Source: a virus (taxonomy: Duplodnaviria > Heunggongvirae > Uroviricota > Caudoviricetes). From it: 64,000 nt of DNA. Of the stretch, positions 36,277 to 45,424 are shown piece by piece. Both the position numbers and the translations under genes were made by a program. How positions within the stretch are numbered: position 1 is the stretch's first letter; each line of letters opens with the position of its first letter. The notes beneath the pieces were generated by a model. It was not told the origin of the DNA. It ran no database searches and saw nothing but the letters and a program-made list of their open reading frames with translations. Location: positions 103,062 to 167,061 of IMG/VR virus record IMGVR_UViG_3300020576_001727. One strand, 5' to 3'.

Positions 36277-36291
36277 ATTCAAGATTGCTGA

Positions 36292-36981
36292 TTGATGTAT
36301 TTTACCATCTATAAAATAACGAATAAAATCAATGGTAAAACTTATATCGGAAAGCATCAAACCGAAAATTTAAACGATGGTTACTTCGGTTCCGGTAATG
36401 GAATAAAATACGCCATTGCTAAATATGGCAAGGATAACTTTGTCAAAGAAATTCTTCATGTTTTTGACAATGAATCCGATATGAACGCTAAAGAAGCTGA
36501 ATTAGTTACCGAAGAATTTTGTAAACGTTTGGATACTTATAACATCATGACCGGTGGTTATGGAGATTTTAATTTCATAACTCCTGAAGAAAGAACAAAA
36601 AATGCTAAAAAGGGTATATCTTGTTTGAATAAAAAATTGGATTCGGACCCAATGTTCCGACAACAATTTTATAAAAAACGAACTGAAGCAATCAGAAATG
36701 TCGATTGGTCATCAATCAATTTGATTGGAAGAACTCATACAAAAATATCCAAAGATAAAATGAGGGAAAAGGCTCTTGGTAGAAAACGTTCCGAATTGTC
36801 TATAAAATTTCAGAAAATAAATTCATTAGGTGAAAAAAATTCTCAATATGGGACTCGTTGGTCTTGGATTACAGATGGCCAAACGAACAAAAAAGTGCCA
36901 TATTTAGAGGATAAGGATATTCCAGAAGGCTGGAAAAGAGGAAGAAGTCGGACAGGACAACTAGTGGAGTCGTTCGCTTGA
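36292..36981 (+). CDS. GIY-YIG homing endonuclease
   Basis: YFTIYKITNKINGKTYIGKHQT; paralog of 30755 gene. Confidence 0.65.
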   Translation: MMYFTIYKITNKINGKTYIGKHQTENLNDGYFGSGNGIKYAIAKYGKDNFVKEILHVFDNESDMNAKEAELVTEEFCKRLDTYNIMTGGYGDFNFITPEERTKNAKKGISCLNKKLDSDPMFRQQFYKKRTEAIRNVDWSSINLIGRTHTKISKDKMREKALGRKRSELSIKFQKINSLGEKNSQYGTRWSWITDGQTNKKVPYLEDKDIPEGWKRGRSRTGQLVESFA

Positions 36982-37023
36982 CATGCGAAAGATGGTAGGC
37001 GCGAAACCTACGTTCGACACCAT
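36969..37023 (+). pseudogene. tRNA 3'-fragment-like element (T-arm-like hairpin + acceptor-like + ACCA) overlapping GIY-YIG stop
   Basis: gtagg-cgcgaaa-cctac gttcgac a cca. Confidence 0.3.
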
Positions 37024-37030
37024 TTAGAAG

Positions 37031-37059
37031 TTGACATGGAGAGTAAAATTAGGTATATT
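37031..37059 (+). promoter_or_regulatory. promoter TTGACA-N17-TATATT
   Basis: read directly. Confidence 0.5.
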
Positions 37060-37169
37060 GAATCATCGAAATCTATGAAGGTTGGTGATATGATTTGCCA
37101 GATTGGTTTTTATGTATCTGTCGCTTTTATTATATGTATCATTTTGGGAATTATGTGAAAGGATTTGAA

Positions 37170-37310
37170 ATGGCTTGGTATTTGTATGGTATTGGCGCTG
37201 CTTTGATATCAATTTCGATTGGTTTGGCGGCTGGTTTCGTTCCTTTTCTTGCTGCATTAGGATTTTCGGCACTTGTCGCCGGTTTTCTTCATGCGATTAT
37301 AAATAGTTAA
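37170..37310 (+). CDS. 46-aa small membrane protein
   Basis: RBS aaagga; single long hydrophobic stretch. Confidence 0.4.
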   Translation: MAWYLYGIGAALISISIGLAAGFVPFLAALGFSALVAGFLHAIINS

Positions 37311-37313
37311 TTT

Positions 37314-37388
37314 GGGCTGTTGGTGATAATGGGAGCATCCCGCACTTGCAATGCGGGGGAGACGGATCGTAACCGTCACAGTCCACCA
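37314..37388 (+). tRNA. tRNA-Ala (UGC)
   Basis: acceptor gggctgt/acagtcc (G3-U70), AC ccgca-cttgcaa-tgcgg, CCA. Confidence 0.55.
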
Positions 37389-37395
37389 AGTTTAA

Positions 37396-37468
37396 TGCGG
37401 GGTAGTAGAAGTTAGAACGCCGGTCTTTGAAACCGGAGATACTGGTTCAAGTCCAGTCCGCGCAGCCA
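37396..37468 (+). tRNA. tRNA-Gln (UUG), U1-A72
   Basis: AC ccggt-ctttgaa-accgg, T-arm actggttcaagtccagt, CCA. Confidence 0.5.
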
Positions 37469-37479
37469 ATTTTAACAAT

Positions 37480-37570
37480 GGTTCCATAGCATAAAGGTAA
37501 TGCGCCGAGCTTATACCTCGTTACTCCTGATTAGAGGGTGATACAGGTTCGAATCCTGTTGGAACTACCA
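37480..37570 (+). tRNA. type II-length tRNA (88 nt), anticodon candidate UAU; identity uncertain
   Basis: acceptor ggttcca/tggaact, D-stem gcat/atgc, 21-nt variable arm, T-arm acaggttcgaatcctgt, CCA then T9 run. Confidence 0.45.
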
Positions 37571-37585
37571 ATTTTTTTTTATTTT

Positions 37586-37978
37586 ATGTTGTTGATAGAA
37601 GAATATATTAAAAAATCAATAGAAGATCGCCAAAAACATCTAGATTTACAATCTGAATGTGATGAAAGGGGCGGATTTTCTTCTTATTATAAAGGATTAA
37701 TGGCATATTATCTTGACACAACAATTCCTTCCGGAAATCGTATTTTAGTTTGTCATGCTTGCCATAATTCAAAATGTAGTAATCCAAAACATTTATATTT
37801 TGGAACACCAAAAGAAAATGTAGCAGATATGAAATCTGTAGGTAATTTTAAAAATGCGTGGCAAGCTAAAGTTGATAAATATGGTCATGATGAAGCACTT
37901 AAAATGGTCCGAGAACATTTGAATAAAGTAAGATATCTAGGAACCATAGCTTCGCCAGTAACTAAAAAAAGAAAATAA
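37586..37978 (+). CDS. HNH (His-Me finger) endonuclease
   Basis: ILVCHACHNSKCSNPKHLYFGTPKEN. Confidence 0.55.
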   Translation: MLLIEEYIKKSIEDRQKHLDLQSECDERGGFSSYYKGLMAYYLDTTIPSGNRILVCHACHNSKCSNPKHLYFGTPKENVADMKSVGNFKNAWQAKVDKYGHDEALKMVREHLNKVRYLGTIASPVTKKRK

Positions 37979-37985
37979 ATTTTAT

Positions 37986-38060
37986 TCCCCGTTCGTCTAA
38001 CGGTAGGACCACACGCTTTGAACGTGTCCAATGGAGGTTCGAATCCTTCGCGGGGAGCCA
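37986..38060 (+). tRNA. tRNA-Gln (UUG) second copy
   Basis: D-arm gtctaacggtaggac, AC acacg-ctttgaa-cgtgt, CCA. Confidence 0.5.
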
Positions 38061-38068
38061 AATCATGT

Positions 38069-38142
38069 TTCCGAGTCGTCTAGTGGTAGGACGTTTCTCT
38101 CTGAAAGAAAAGACGGTTGTTCGAATCAACCCTTGGAAGCCA
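38069..38142 (+). tRNA. tRNA-Gln (CUG)
   Basis: acceptor ttccgag/cttggaa, AC tttct-ctctgaa-agaaa, T-arm ggttgttcgaatcaacc, CCA. Confidence 0.5.
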
Positions 38143-38292
38143 AATTTAGAAAGAATTTGTAATGAACGAAATCAATTTGACAGGTAATTGGCAAAAAACC
38201 CCTTGGTATTTCACTCTGTTTGGCTTTTCTGCCAAACGTCGCAAAATTCATCACTCCAAAAATCCAGAACTTTATGTATGGGAATATCAGTA

Positions 38293-38700
38293 ATGGCATA
38301 TAGACTTTACATCATCATGCGAACTGATATGGCTTCAATGAACGCTGGTAAGGCGATGGCACATGCTGCACATGCCGCCAATGATTTCGAAGACAGAATT
38401 CAAAAATACATCAAGAAACATGATGAAGATGAATGGCTTGTCAATCGTTATCTAGACTGGAAAGAAGATCGTTCGTTTGGAACGACTCTTGTTTTTGGCG
38501 GAAAAGAAAATGATATCATGACCGTAACAGGATCACATTTCGAAGATGGTATGTCCGGTCTTGTGATCGATCCTACTTATCCAATTCGTGATGGTGAAAT
38601 CGTTCATCATATCAGTATCATGACTTGTGGTTGGGTCTTCTGTGATGAAGACGAGTGGAAATCCAATCCAAACGCGGCTTCTCTGTCGCTTCATCCTTAG
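38293..38700 (+). CDS. peptidyl-tRNA hydrolase, Pth2 family-like
   Basis: IIMRTDMASMNAGKAMAHAAHAAND resembles Pth2 motif (RTDL.MGKGK.AAQ..HA). Confidence 0.45.
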   Translation: MAYRLYIIMRTDMASMNAGKAMAHAAHAANDFEDRIQKYIKKHDEDEWLVNRYLDWKEDRSFGTTLVFGGKENDIMTVTGSHFEDGMSGLVIDPTYPIRDGEIVHHISIMTCGWVFCDEDEWKSNPNAASLSLHP

Positions 38701-38711
38701 TTCAAAAAATC

Positions 38712-38785
38712 GCCCCTATCGTCTAGTGGTAGGACATTAGATTCTCAATCTAAAGGTGTCGGATCGTAACCGACTAGGGGAACCA
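38712..38785 (+). tRNA. tRNA-Glu (CUC), G1-A72 mismatch
   Basis: D-arm gtctagtggtaggac, AC ttaga-ttctcaa-tctaa, CCA. Confidence 0.45.
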
Positions 38786-38828
38786 TTTCTCTCTTGACAT
38801 TTCCTTTCGCTTCCATTAAGTTATTAGT

Positions 38829-39278
38829 ATGACAAAGATTGAAGATCATATTCGAACCGAAATCGAAATGTGGGCAAAGGTCGGGCATCCTGCATTGATG
38901 CAGAAGTTCATTCTTAACGAAGGTCGCCTTTTCGAAAATCCGGTTGCCGCCAAGAAGTTTGGCAAGCAGAAGGAATGCTTCAAGAATGCATTCCATTATG
39001 CGCAAGATGAAGAAGTTGAATATGTAGAAGGTTATATTCTTTTGCCAAACATTCCAATTCTCATTCATCATGCTTGGTGCTGCGAATTTGGCGATACCGT
39101 TCCGATTGAAACCACGATCAAGGATTTCGAGGGAATTCAGTATTTTGGTTTTGAATTCGATTATGAAACCGTCGTCGCCTATTTGATCAAGCATGGTGTT
39201 TATGGCATCATTGATCCGGGTTTTGGTCTGAACATCGATTTGTTCAAGAGATATGGAATGGAGATATCGGATGGCTAA
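38829..39278 (+). CDS. hypothetical protein
   Basis: ORF track; TTGACA promoter at 38785. Confidence 0.4.
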   Translation: MTKIEDHIRTEIEMWAKVGHPALMQKFILNEGRLFENPVAAKKFGKQKECFKNAFHYAQDEEVEYVEGYILLPNIPILIHHAWCCEFGDTVPIETTIKDFEGIQYFGFEFDYETVVAYLIKHGVYGIIDPGFGLNIDLFKRYGMEISDG

Positions 39279-39495
39279 GTTTCGAGTTCTTTATCGTGAA
39301 TCTGAACGTGGGTGGGGAACCAAGCTTTTCTCTGGCGTTGAACGCGATTATTTGGCAGAAGCACAAGCAGAATTTTCCAAGTGTAATGCTGAAAATTTTG
39401 CCGATTATGCCAAGACCGCACAAGTTCCCGATTACTATATTCAGCCGGAAGGCATTGAAACCCTTGTCGAAGGTAAATGGATAAGGTATTCGTGA
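39253..39495 (+). CDS. hypothetical protein
   Basis: ORF track. Confidence 0.35.
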   Translation: MEWRYRMAKFRVLYRESERGWGTKLFSGVERDYLAEAQAEFSKCNAENFADYAKTAQVPDYYIQPEGIETLVEGKWIRYS

Positions 39496-39671
39496 TGTTA
39501 CATAAATTGAAAGAATATGCGGTTGATAGAGAATTGATCGCAAAAGCCGCTTTAGATAAAAATCTAAGTGAACAGTCTTTTCGACTCCTTTGCACCTTAC
39601 AAAAAGGTGAAATAACAAAAGAAGTTCAAGATTGGGTGGATTTCGTCATTTTGTCAATTACCAAAGGATGA
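39477..39671 (+). CDS. hypothetical protein
   Basis: ORF track. Confidence 0.3.
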   Translation: MDKVFVMLHKLKEYAVDRELIAKAALDKNLSEQSFRLLCTLQKGEITKEVQDWVDFVILSITKG

Positions 39672-39675
39672 TAAT

Positions 39676-39864
39676 ATGCATCTGATCATTGGAGCATATC
39701 TATTCCTTGGCGGAATCTATTCGGCTTGGTCGCTCAAATGGACCAAAAAGAATTTTGAACAGTTCAAGGATTATTTCTGGCATGTGGTTCTCACAACCTT
39801 CCTTTGGCCATTGTTTGCCTTCAAGGATGGTATCTTGAAACTCTATGACATGGTGTTTGGATAA
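39676..39864 (+). CDS. small membrane protein
   Basis: hydrophobic, W-rich. Confidence 0.35.
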   Translation: MHLIIGAYLFLGGIYSAWSLKWTKKNFEQFKDYFWHVVLTTFLWPLFAFKDGILKLYDMVFG

Positions 39865-40256
39865 TGGCATATTGGATTCCGAAAAAAGATTGGGCTGAAT
39901 GGATAGAAACCCACCAAAAAATGTCTGATTTTTTTGGTATTAAAAAACCATTTCGAGAAGCATCGAAAAGCTTAAAAGATATTGTCCTGTTTTTTGAAGA
40001 GAATTCTTTTCAAGATAATAAATTTACAAAACAGACGATTGGTTACAATTGGTTGTATTGGGCGATAGAATCAATTTATGAAATGCTTTCTAAAGAGAAA
40101 GAATCATATGATAAGCTGGTTGATCGACTCGATTCGATGTCTGGATGGCTGAATTCCAAGGAAAATCAACAGGTTTTGGAAGCCAAGGTAAAGAGTCTGG
40201 AATCCACGGTCGAACGTCTCGAAAAAAAGTTGGCACAATTCGAAAAAAGCGATTGA
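39864..40256 (+). CDS. hypothetical protein with C-terminal coiled coil
   Basis: ORF track. Confidence 0.4.
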   Translation: MAYWIPKKDWAEWIETHQKMSDFFGIKKPFREASKSLKDIVLFFEENSFQDNKFTKQTIGYNWLYWAIESIYEMLSKEKESYDKLVDRLDSMSGWLNSKENQQVLEAKVKSLESTVERLEKKLAQFEKSD

Positions 40257-40348
40257 CTTGGGAACCGAAACGTCCTATATTAAGTTTGTAAGCAGGAAAG
40301 AGAAAACAGCGGAGACAAAAAAAATGTAACCGAACCTCAAAAAAACTC

Positions 40349-40377
40349 TTGACAAAGAGAGATAGATAGAGTAGAAT
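40349..40377 (+). promoter_or_regulatory. promoter TTGACA-N17-TAGAAT facing ORF-free region
   Basis: read directly. Confidence 0.5.
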
Positions 40378-41167
40378 TTAAAAATAGAAACGATCTAGAC
40401 AAGAGAGTAAAGCAATGGCTAGAGACTCGCCCTAGAAAGTAACTTAAAGCCTCAAAGAGGCAACTTAGATAGAGATATTAGATATAGTATGTTAAAATGA
40501 AACTTGGTTTACCGATGGAGCGAAGTTGGGCAATGTCAATAAGTCCCGCCAGCATAGAAGTCGGACCAACGAGAGAAGAACGTTAACTCGCTAAATCAAC
40601 GTGACAGTCCGGAGAGACGGACACTTTAATTCAATGAAAACAAGAACAGTCCTGTCCTGAAAATAGCTCTAAGACATGATAATATTGGATATCTGCTTGT
40701 TTTCATTTAATTAAAGATTGGCGTGTATGGCGTCGTCAGAATAAGGTTGGCAACAACCCCAACGGGAAAAATCTCACGATATCCCACCTAGCAATAGGGT
40801 CAACCATGCAAGCCTCCCCGGTCTGGTAACAGATGTTTCGCTGATAAGAGCGGCGGAACGAACGAGGAAGCCGATGTAGTGGAAAGAACCTTCGTTTAAG
40901 CGCCCGCAAGGGAAACGCAAGCGAAGGGAAAGTAACGGGTGGTGCCGACTTCACTACAAAACCAATCGGTCATTCGGGACGGGAAAGGGTAGGGTATTTG
41001 TCCGAGTCTTACAAACAAGGGCTTATATCCAGTCTGATAGGTCGGTGGTAACGAAACGCTGGTCTTGAAAGACCGCTAAGTAGTCGGTAGACAAAAGGCA
41101 TGAAGGCGTGTTGTATTTTGGTTCCCAAAAGGAATTGAAGCAACAGGGGCAGCACGTCTCGGTGAGT

Positions 41168-41237
41168 TAGCAAGTAGCTCAATGGTAGGGCAATCGCATT
41201 TGAAGCGATGACTGTTGGTTCAATTCCAACCTTCATA
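41168..41237 (+). tRNA. tRNA-like element (UUG anticodon arm atcgc-atttgaa-gcgat, T-arm gttggttcaattccaac) without pairing acceptor
   Basis: hand fold. Confidence 0.3.
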
Positions 41238-41572
41238 TAAAAAAGCAAAGACTGTCCCAGTTGATGGTGAAAATGGTTTAATACTACACTCGAAAGAGAA
41301 TGTAGTTACAAAAAGTCCGCAAGACAATTTGTATTTGTTTTAGAAATTTCGTAACAACTTAGCGGTTGTGAATGGTTCGCAAGATCAGCGGGAAAGAAGA
41401 AACAGAGTAGCTATCAGCGATACGAGAAACGCGACTCGTCAAACGCAACCATGATGTTGTAGAAAGATACCGAAAGGATTTTTCTGGATATGGAAGGAAA
41501 GCAGTCCGCAAAACTGCCATAATCTTCTTAAAGCAGCATTGGTAAACGTGTAATCTCAACGTTTTACAATAG

Positions 41573-41590
41573 CCCTTCGGGGCTATTTTC
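41573..41590 (+). promoter_or_regulatory. UUCG-tetraloop hairpin atagccc-ttcg-gggctat just upstream of HNH-like ORF start
   Basis: read directly. Confidence 0.4.
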
Positions 41591-41605
41591 ATTTATGGGC
41601 TAGTT

Positions 41606-42211
41606 ATGACAAGAACACAAACAGAACGCAAAATTTCGTCTCTACTTAAAAACGTTAATACATTACAAGGACTCAAAGTTTGTCTTAGTAAATGTGATCA
41701 GCAGATACATAATCTCTCCATAATGAGAAAAAATTTAACTAAAAAACACGCTAAAGAAAAGAATTCTATTAGACGTGAAATGAAATTCTGGTATCTGTTT
41801 AGAAACAGAATTTATCTAACATCTGAAATGTGGGTTAATGATGCTCTAGACGAGCAGTTATATCAGATAATTCCAGAGCATGAACGAACGTCTATAACAA
41901 AATACAGATATCTCGCGCGCTTTCGGCTAAATGCTGTTGAGTTGAATCGTGTCATTGGTTATGATAAACTAGTAAAATATGGATGGTATTCCTCCACAAA
42001 CCCAACGGGTGTAGTTAAAGATCATCGTCTTTCAATAAAATTTGGATTTGAAAATAAAATTGATCCAAAGATATTATCGCATCCTTGTAATTGTGAATTT
42101 TTGACGTTCAAAGAAAATGGATTGAAAAGTGATAATTGTTCAATAGGACTAATTTTACTTCAAGAATCTATAGAAAATTGGAAAATCGATGCATCTACCA
42201 AAAGAAGCTAG
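41606..42211 (+). CDS. putative HNH-like endonuclease
   Basis: VVKDHRLSIKFGFEN...HPCNCEFL..EN. Confidence 0.35.
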   Translation: MTRTQTERKISSLLKNVNTLQGLKVCLSKCDQQIHNLSIMRKNLTKKHAKEKNSIRREMKFWYLFRNRIYLTSEMWVNDALDEQLYQIIPEHERTSITKYRYLARFRLNAVELNRVIGYDKLVKYGWYSSTNPTGVVKDHRLSIKFGFENKIDPKILSHPCNCEFLTFKENGLKSDNCSIGLILLQESIENWKIDASTKRS

Positions 42212-42515
42212 ACGAATTCTAGACCGTTATAGACGGCGCGAAAGAAAGCATCGAATTGGTTGTCGCGGTAAAGTTCGTAACGGTTCGACTGGTTTGATAG
42301 ATGATCTGTTACTGGAAAATATGATTCGGAATTCGAAGAAAAGATATGCAAGGAAAGGAAAACTTAGTGTTTATCAAAGACTTATATGAAATGTATGATC
42401 GATGGCAGAGAGAACGAAACACGATTAGAGAACTGTCCAGATTGACAGACAGAGAATTGTCGGATTTGGGTATCAATCGAGGAAGCATCCGCCATGTAGC
42501 AAGAAAGGTTTACAA

Positions 42516-43088
42516 ATGATTTTTTCACGTAATGAATTGGTTGAATTGTCCAAGGAAGTTGCAATTGTTAATGAAAAATGGAATATCGATCCCGTCACTG
42601 GACTGAAGAAAGAACCTGTAATGGGTAGATGTCTTATGTTGATTGTTTCCGAACTTTCGGAGGCATTAGAAGGCATTCGAAAAGATTTATGGGATACACA
42701 TTTACCCCATAGAAAAATGGAAGAAGTTGAAATGGCGGATGCATTGATTCGTCTTCTTGATTTTGTAAATCGTTTTGATATCGATATTCTCGCAGACATA
42801 AAAGAAATTCCTTCTGATATATTTGAGAATAATCCATTCTCTAGTAATACTAAAGAAGAAAATTTATTTGAAATTGTTGGTGAATTGAGTAATTTAAATC
42901 CATATCAGATGGATGATGAATGGTGGATGAATACTAATACTATTTACGCGATTACCAGCGTTTTACAATATTGTCGTGATTGGAATCTCGATCTTCGCGG
43001 TGCTGTTCGCGAAAAGATGGAATACAACAAAAATCGCGAAGATCACAAAATCGAATCTCGTTTGGCAGAGAACGGAAAAAAGTGGTGA
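42516..43088 (+). CDS. MazG-like nucleotide pyrophosphohydrolase
   Basis: EExxE-type motifs VSELSEALEGIRK, EMADALIRLLD. Confidence 0.55.
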   Translation: MIFSRNELVELSKEVAIVNEKWNIDPVTGLKKEPVMGRCLMLIVSELSEALEGIRKDLWDTHLPHRKMEEVEMADALIRLLDFVNRFDIDILADIKEIPSDIFENNPFSSNTKEENLFEIVGELSNLNPYQMDDEWWMNTNTIYAITSVLQYCRDWNLDLRGAVREKMEYNKNREDHKIESRLAENGKKW

Positions 43089-43148
43089 TCGTCCTTGACA
43101 AGCGAATCCCCCCTCTGATACATTTATCGACATAAAGGGGGATTCGTC

Positions 43149-43364
43149 ATGTTCATATCACTTTATTTCATTATCGGCGTTTGCTATTACGTCGCTCTTT
43201 TGCAATTCGATTGGGAGTTGTCGAGAGAGATTCGAGAAATCAACAGAAAGTATCCGGTTTGGGGTATCATTCTGTTTTTCTTCATTTCCTTCATTTTCCC
43301 GATATCGTTCGTTTTTCGATATCTTCGCGGTTTAATAAAGACCGACAAGCCCGGTCGCGGTTGA
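43149..43364 (+). CDS. small membrane protein
   Basis: two hydrophobic segments. Confidence 0.35.
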   Translation: MFISLYFIIGVCYYVALLQFDWELSREIREINRKYPVWGIILFFFISFIFPISFVFRYLRGLIKTDKPGRG

Positions 43365-43653
43365 CGTGTTTGAAACATGCACCGCGCGGACTTTCAACAT
43401 GGTTCCGGCTGGCACATTGGCGAATGATCGACTAGCTCCGTCATTCGCCAAAAGAGCAACAACCGAACCGGCACCGCCGACATAGATGGCGCGAGTCACG
43501 TAAGCAAAGGTGTTTGCTACGTTCGCGGTAGGGGTGATATCGAAACTGTTCGAATATGGATCATCCAAAAGAGCGGTGAATTTTGAAAAATTATCAACGG
43601 CAGTCATGTCATTTCCTTCTTTTTTCTAGACTATTTATGATTTTGGAGTTGTA

Positions 43654-44289
43654 ATGATCAATTTCTATTCAGGAGGCGCGGAAGGTGCGGATTGTGTATT
43701 TGGCAATCTGGCATTGTCTCTAGGGCACCACGTCACTCATTTTTCTTTCAAAAATCACAAGGGTTTCATGGCAGATCGAAAGTATGCCTTGGAGTTGACT
43801 CATGATCAGTTGAAAAAAGCAGATTCTTCTCTAATTCGAGCAAATCAAACTCTCGGGAGAAGTTTTCCTAGTCAAAATCATGGGGTTAATTGCCTCCTGC
43901 GAAGAAATTATTATCAGGTTTTGAATACCGATGCTGTTTTTGCGGCTTGCTCATTCGAGAATGTTGATTCTTTGTTCGCGTCCGAACCAAAAGGCGGCAC
44001 CGCATGGGCAATTCAGATGTTCATCGATAGAAATTTCTATGATGCGACTCAAGATGTTGTCGGATTGACCAAACTTCCGTTATTTATTTTGAACACCAAG
44101 ACAAATCAATGGTATGAGCATAATTCGACATATCCTTGCACTTCCAGCAAGGGAAAGTTGATTTCGATCTATGAAAAGATGATCGATCCTCCTAAAATTC
44201 TGAATGAGGATGGAAAAAACTGGACAGGAATCGGCACAAGAGAGTTGACTCATGCCAATGAACAGGCTATCATGTCTCTAAATAGTTGA
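43654..44289 (+). CDS. hypothetical protein, possible SLOG/Rossmann-like nucleotide-binding (GGAEGAD)
   Basis: N-terminal FYSGGAEGAD. Confidence 0.3.
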   Translation: MINFYSGGAEGADCVFGNLALSLGHHVTHFSFKNHKGFMADRKYALELTHDQLKKADSSLIRANQTLGRSFPSQNHGVNCLLRRNYYQVLNTDAVFAACSFENVDSLFASEPKGGTAWAIQMFIDRNFYDATQDVVGLTKLPLFILNTKTNQWYEHNSTYPCTSSKGKLISIYEKMIDPPKILNEDGKNWTGIGTRELTHANEQAIMSLNS

Positions 44290-44301
44290 AAGGATTGAGA
44301 A

Positions 44302-44574
44302 ATGGGAAAGAAACGAACTCGGGCTAAATATACGTCGAAGGGACAAAGAGGATCGATGGATACTCGTCCTTTGAAGCAATTGCATCGGGAACGAAGCGTT
44401 CTGGATATTGCACTTCAAAAGATCGATGCGTTCTTGAACGGCAAAGACGTTTGGATTACCATTGACAATCCAAATCCGAAGGAAACCAACAAGCGAAAGA
44501 TTCGTGTCAAAGCGAAGTCCTTGTATGGAGATTATCGAAAGTTCAAACAGGGAATTGTCATGCGAACTGAATAG
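44302..44574 (+). CDS. hypothetical basic protein
   Basis: ORF track. Confidence 0.35.
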   Translation: MGKKRTRAKYTSKGQRGSMDTRPLKQLHRERSVLDIALQKIDAFLNGKDVWITIDNPNPKETNKRKIRVKAKSLYGDYRKFKQGIVMRTE

Positions 44575-44585
44575 GGAATGGAATA

Positions 44586-45062
44586 ATGCAGAAAATCGAC
44601 ATCGAAAAATTGAAGACTTTCATCAAGAGTCAGTCGCCAGATTCGAGAATTTATATCGGTTGTGACTCCTTCTGTCACAAGAAGGGTGATGGTAAGTGGT
44701 ATGCCTCTTACACAACCGTTGTTGTTGTCCATATGAACGGTCGTAACGGTTGCCGTGTTTTCGGTAACATCGATACCGAACCGGTCTATGACAAGAACAA
44801 GAGTCGTCCAGCCTTGCGTTTGATGAACGAAGTGTATCGCGCCGTTCAGATGATGCAGGAATTGATCGACGCGATTGATGACAGAGAAGTCGAATTGCAC
44901 TTGGACATTAACCCGAACAAGATGCATGGTTCGTCCTGTGTTGTCGATCAGGCTATTGGTTACGTTCGAGGCGTTGCCGGAGTCGATCCGAAAGTCAAGC
45001 CCGATGGTTGGGCTGCTACTCACGCCGCCGACCATTTCCGAACCTATAGGGGACGTGAATGA
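44586..45062 (+). CDS. RNase H-like fold protein
   Basis: RIYIGCDSF...KWYASYTTVVVVH resembles RNase HI N-terminal strand motif. Confidence 0.35.
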   Translation: MQKIDIEKLKTFIKSQSPDSRIYIGCDSFCHKKGDGKWYASYTTVVVVHMNGRNGCRVFGNIDTEPVYDKNKSRPALRLMNEVYRAVQMMQELIDAIDDREVELHLDINPNKMHGSSCVVDQAIGYVRGVAGVDPKVKPDGWAATHAADHFRTYRGRE

Positions 45063-45424
45063 TCGGTGAGCTTGTTAAAAACGCAAAGCCCAATTATGGT
45101 TTTAGTTGGGCTTTGCGAAATAAGGGCAAGGTTTTTCGTTATCAGAAATCAAACGAATCGTTTCATATCCGTATTCTAGGTTTCGCGGAAGATGCCATGC
45201 AGGGTTTTTTCATCGTGACGAGCGATGAAGAACCAGAAGGCAAGCAATTCATGATTTCGACTAGTAACATCATTCCTTTGGAAATCGTTGATGAAACCAT
45301 CTTGAAACGTGTTCCTCTGCCGAAGAAAGATCAGTTTCAATTCTTCTTTGCTGGACCGGAACACAACATACACTTTTACGGGAAGATGGTCATGACTCCC
45401 GAAGGAAGGAAGGAAATGCGATGA
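45059..45424 (+). CDS. hypothetical protein
   Basis: ORF track. Confidence 0.4.
   Translation: MIGELVKNAKPNYGFSWALRNKGKVFRYQKSNESFHIRILGFAEDAMQGFFIVTSDEEPEGKQFMISTSNIIPLEIVDETILKRVPLPKKDQFQFFFAGPEHNIHFYGKMVMTPEGRKEMR

Noticed and set aside
36095-36277. Minus ORF 36095..36277
   Set aside because: Antisense to tRNA-Tyr and tRNA-Ile genes.
37538-37585. 5' extension of HNH ORF 37538..37978
   Set aside because: Extension overlaps the tRNA at 37480..37570 and its T-run; ATG at 37586 with downstream HNH motif is the sensible start.
38161-38200. TTGACA hexamer at 38169 as promoter
   Set aside because: No acceptable -10 at 16-18 bp spacing.
44532-45035. Minus ORF 44532..45035
   Set aside because: Antisense to RNase H-like gene 44586..45062 which has coherent motifs.
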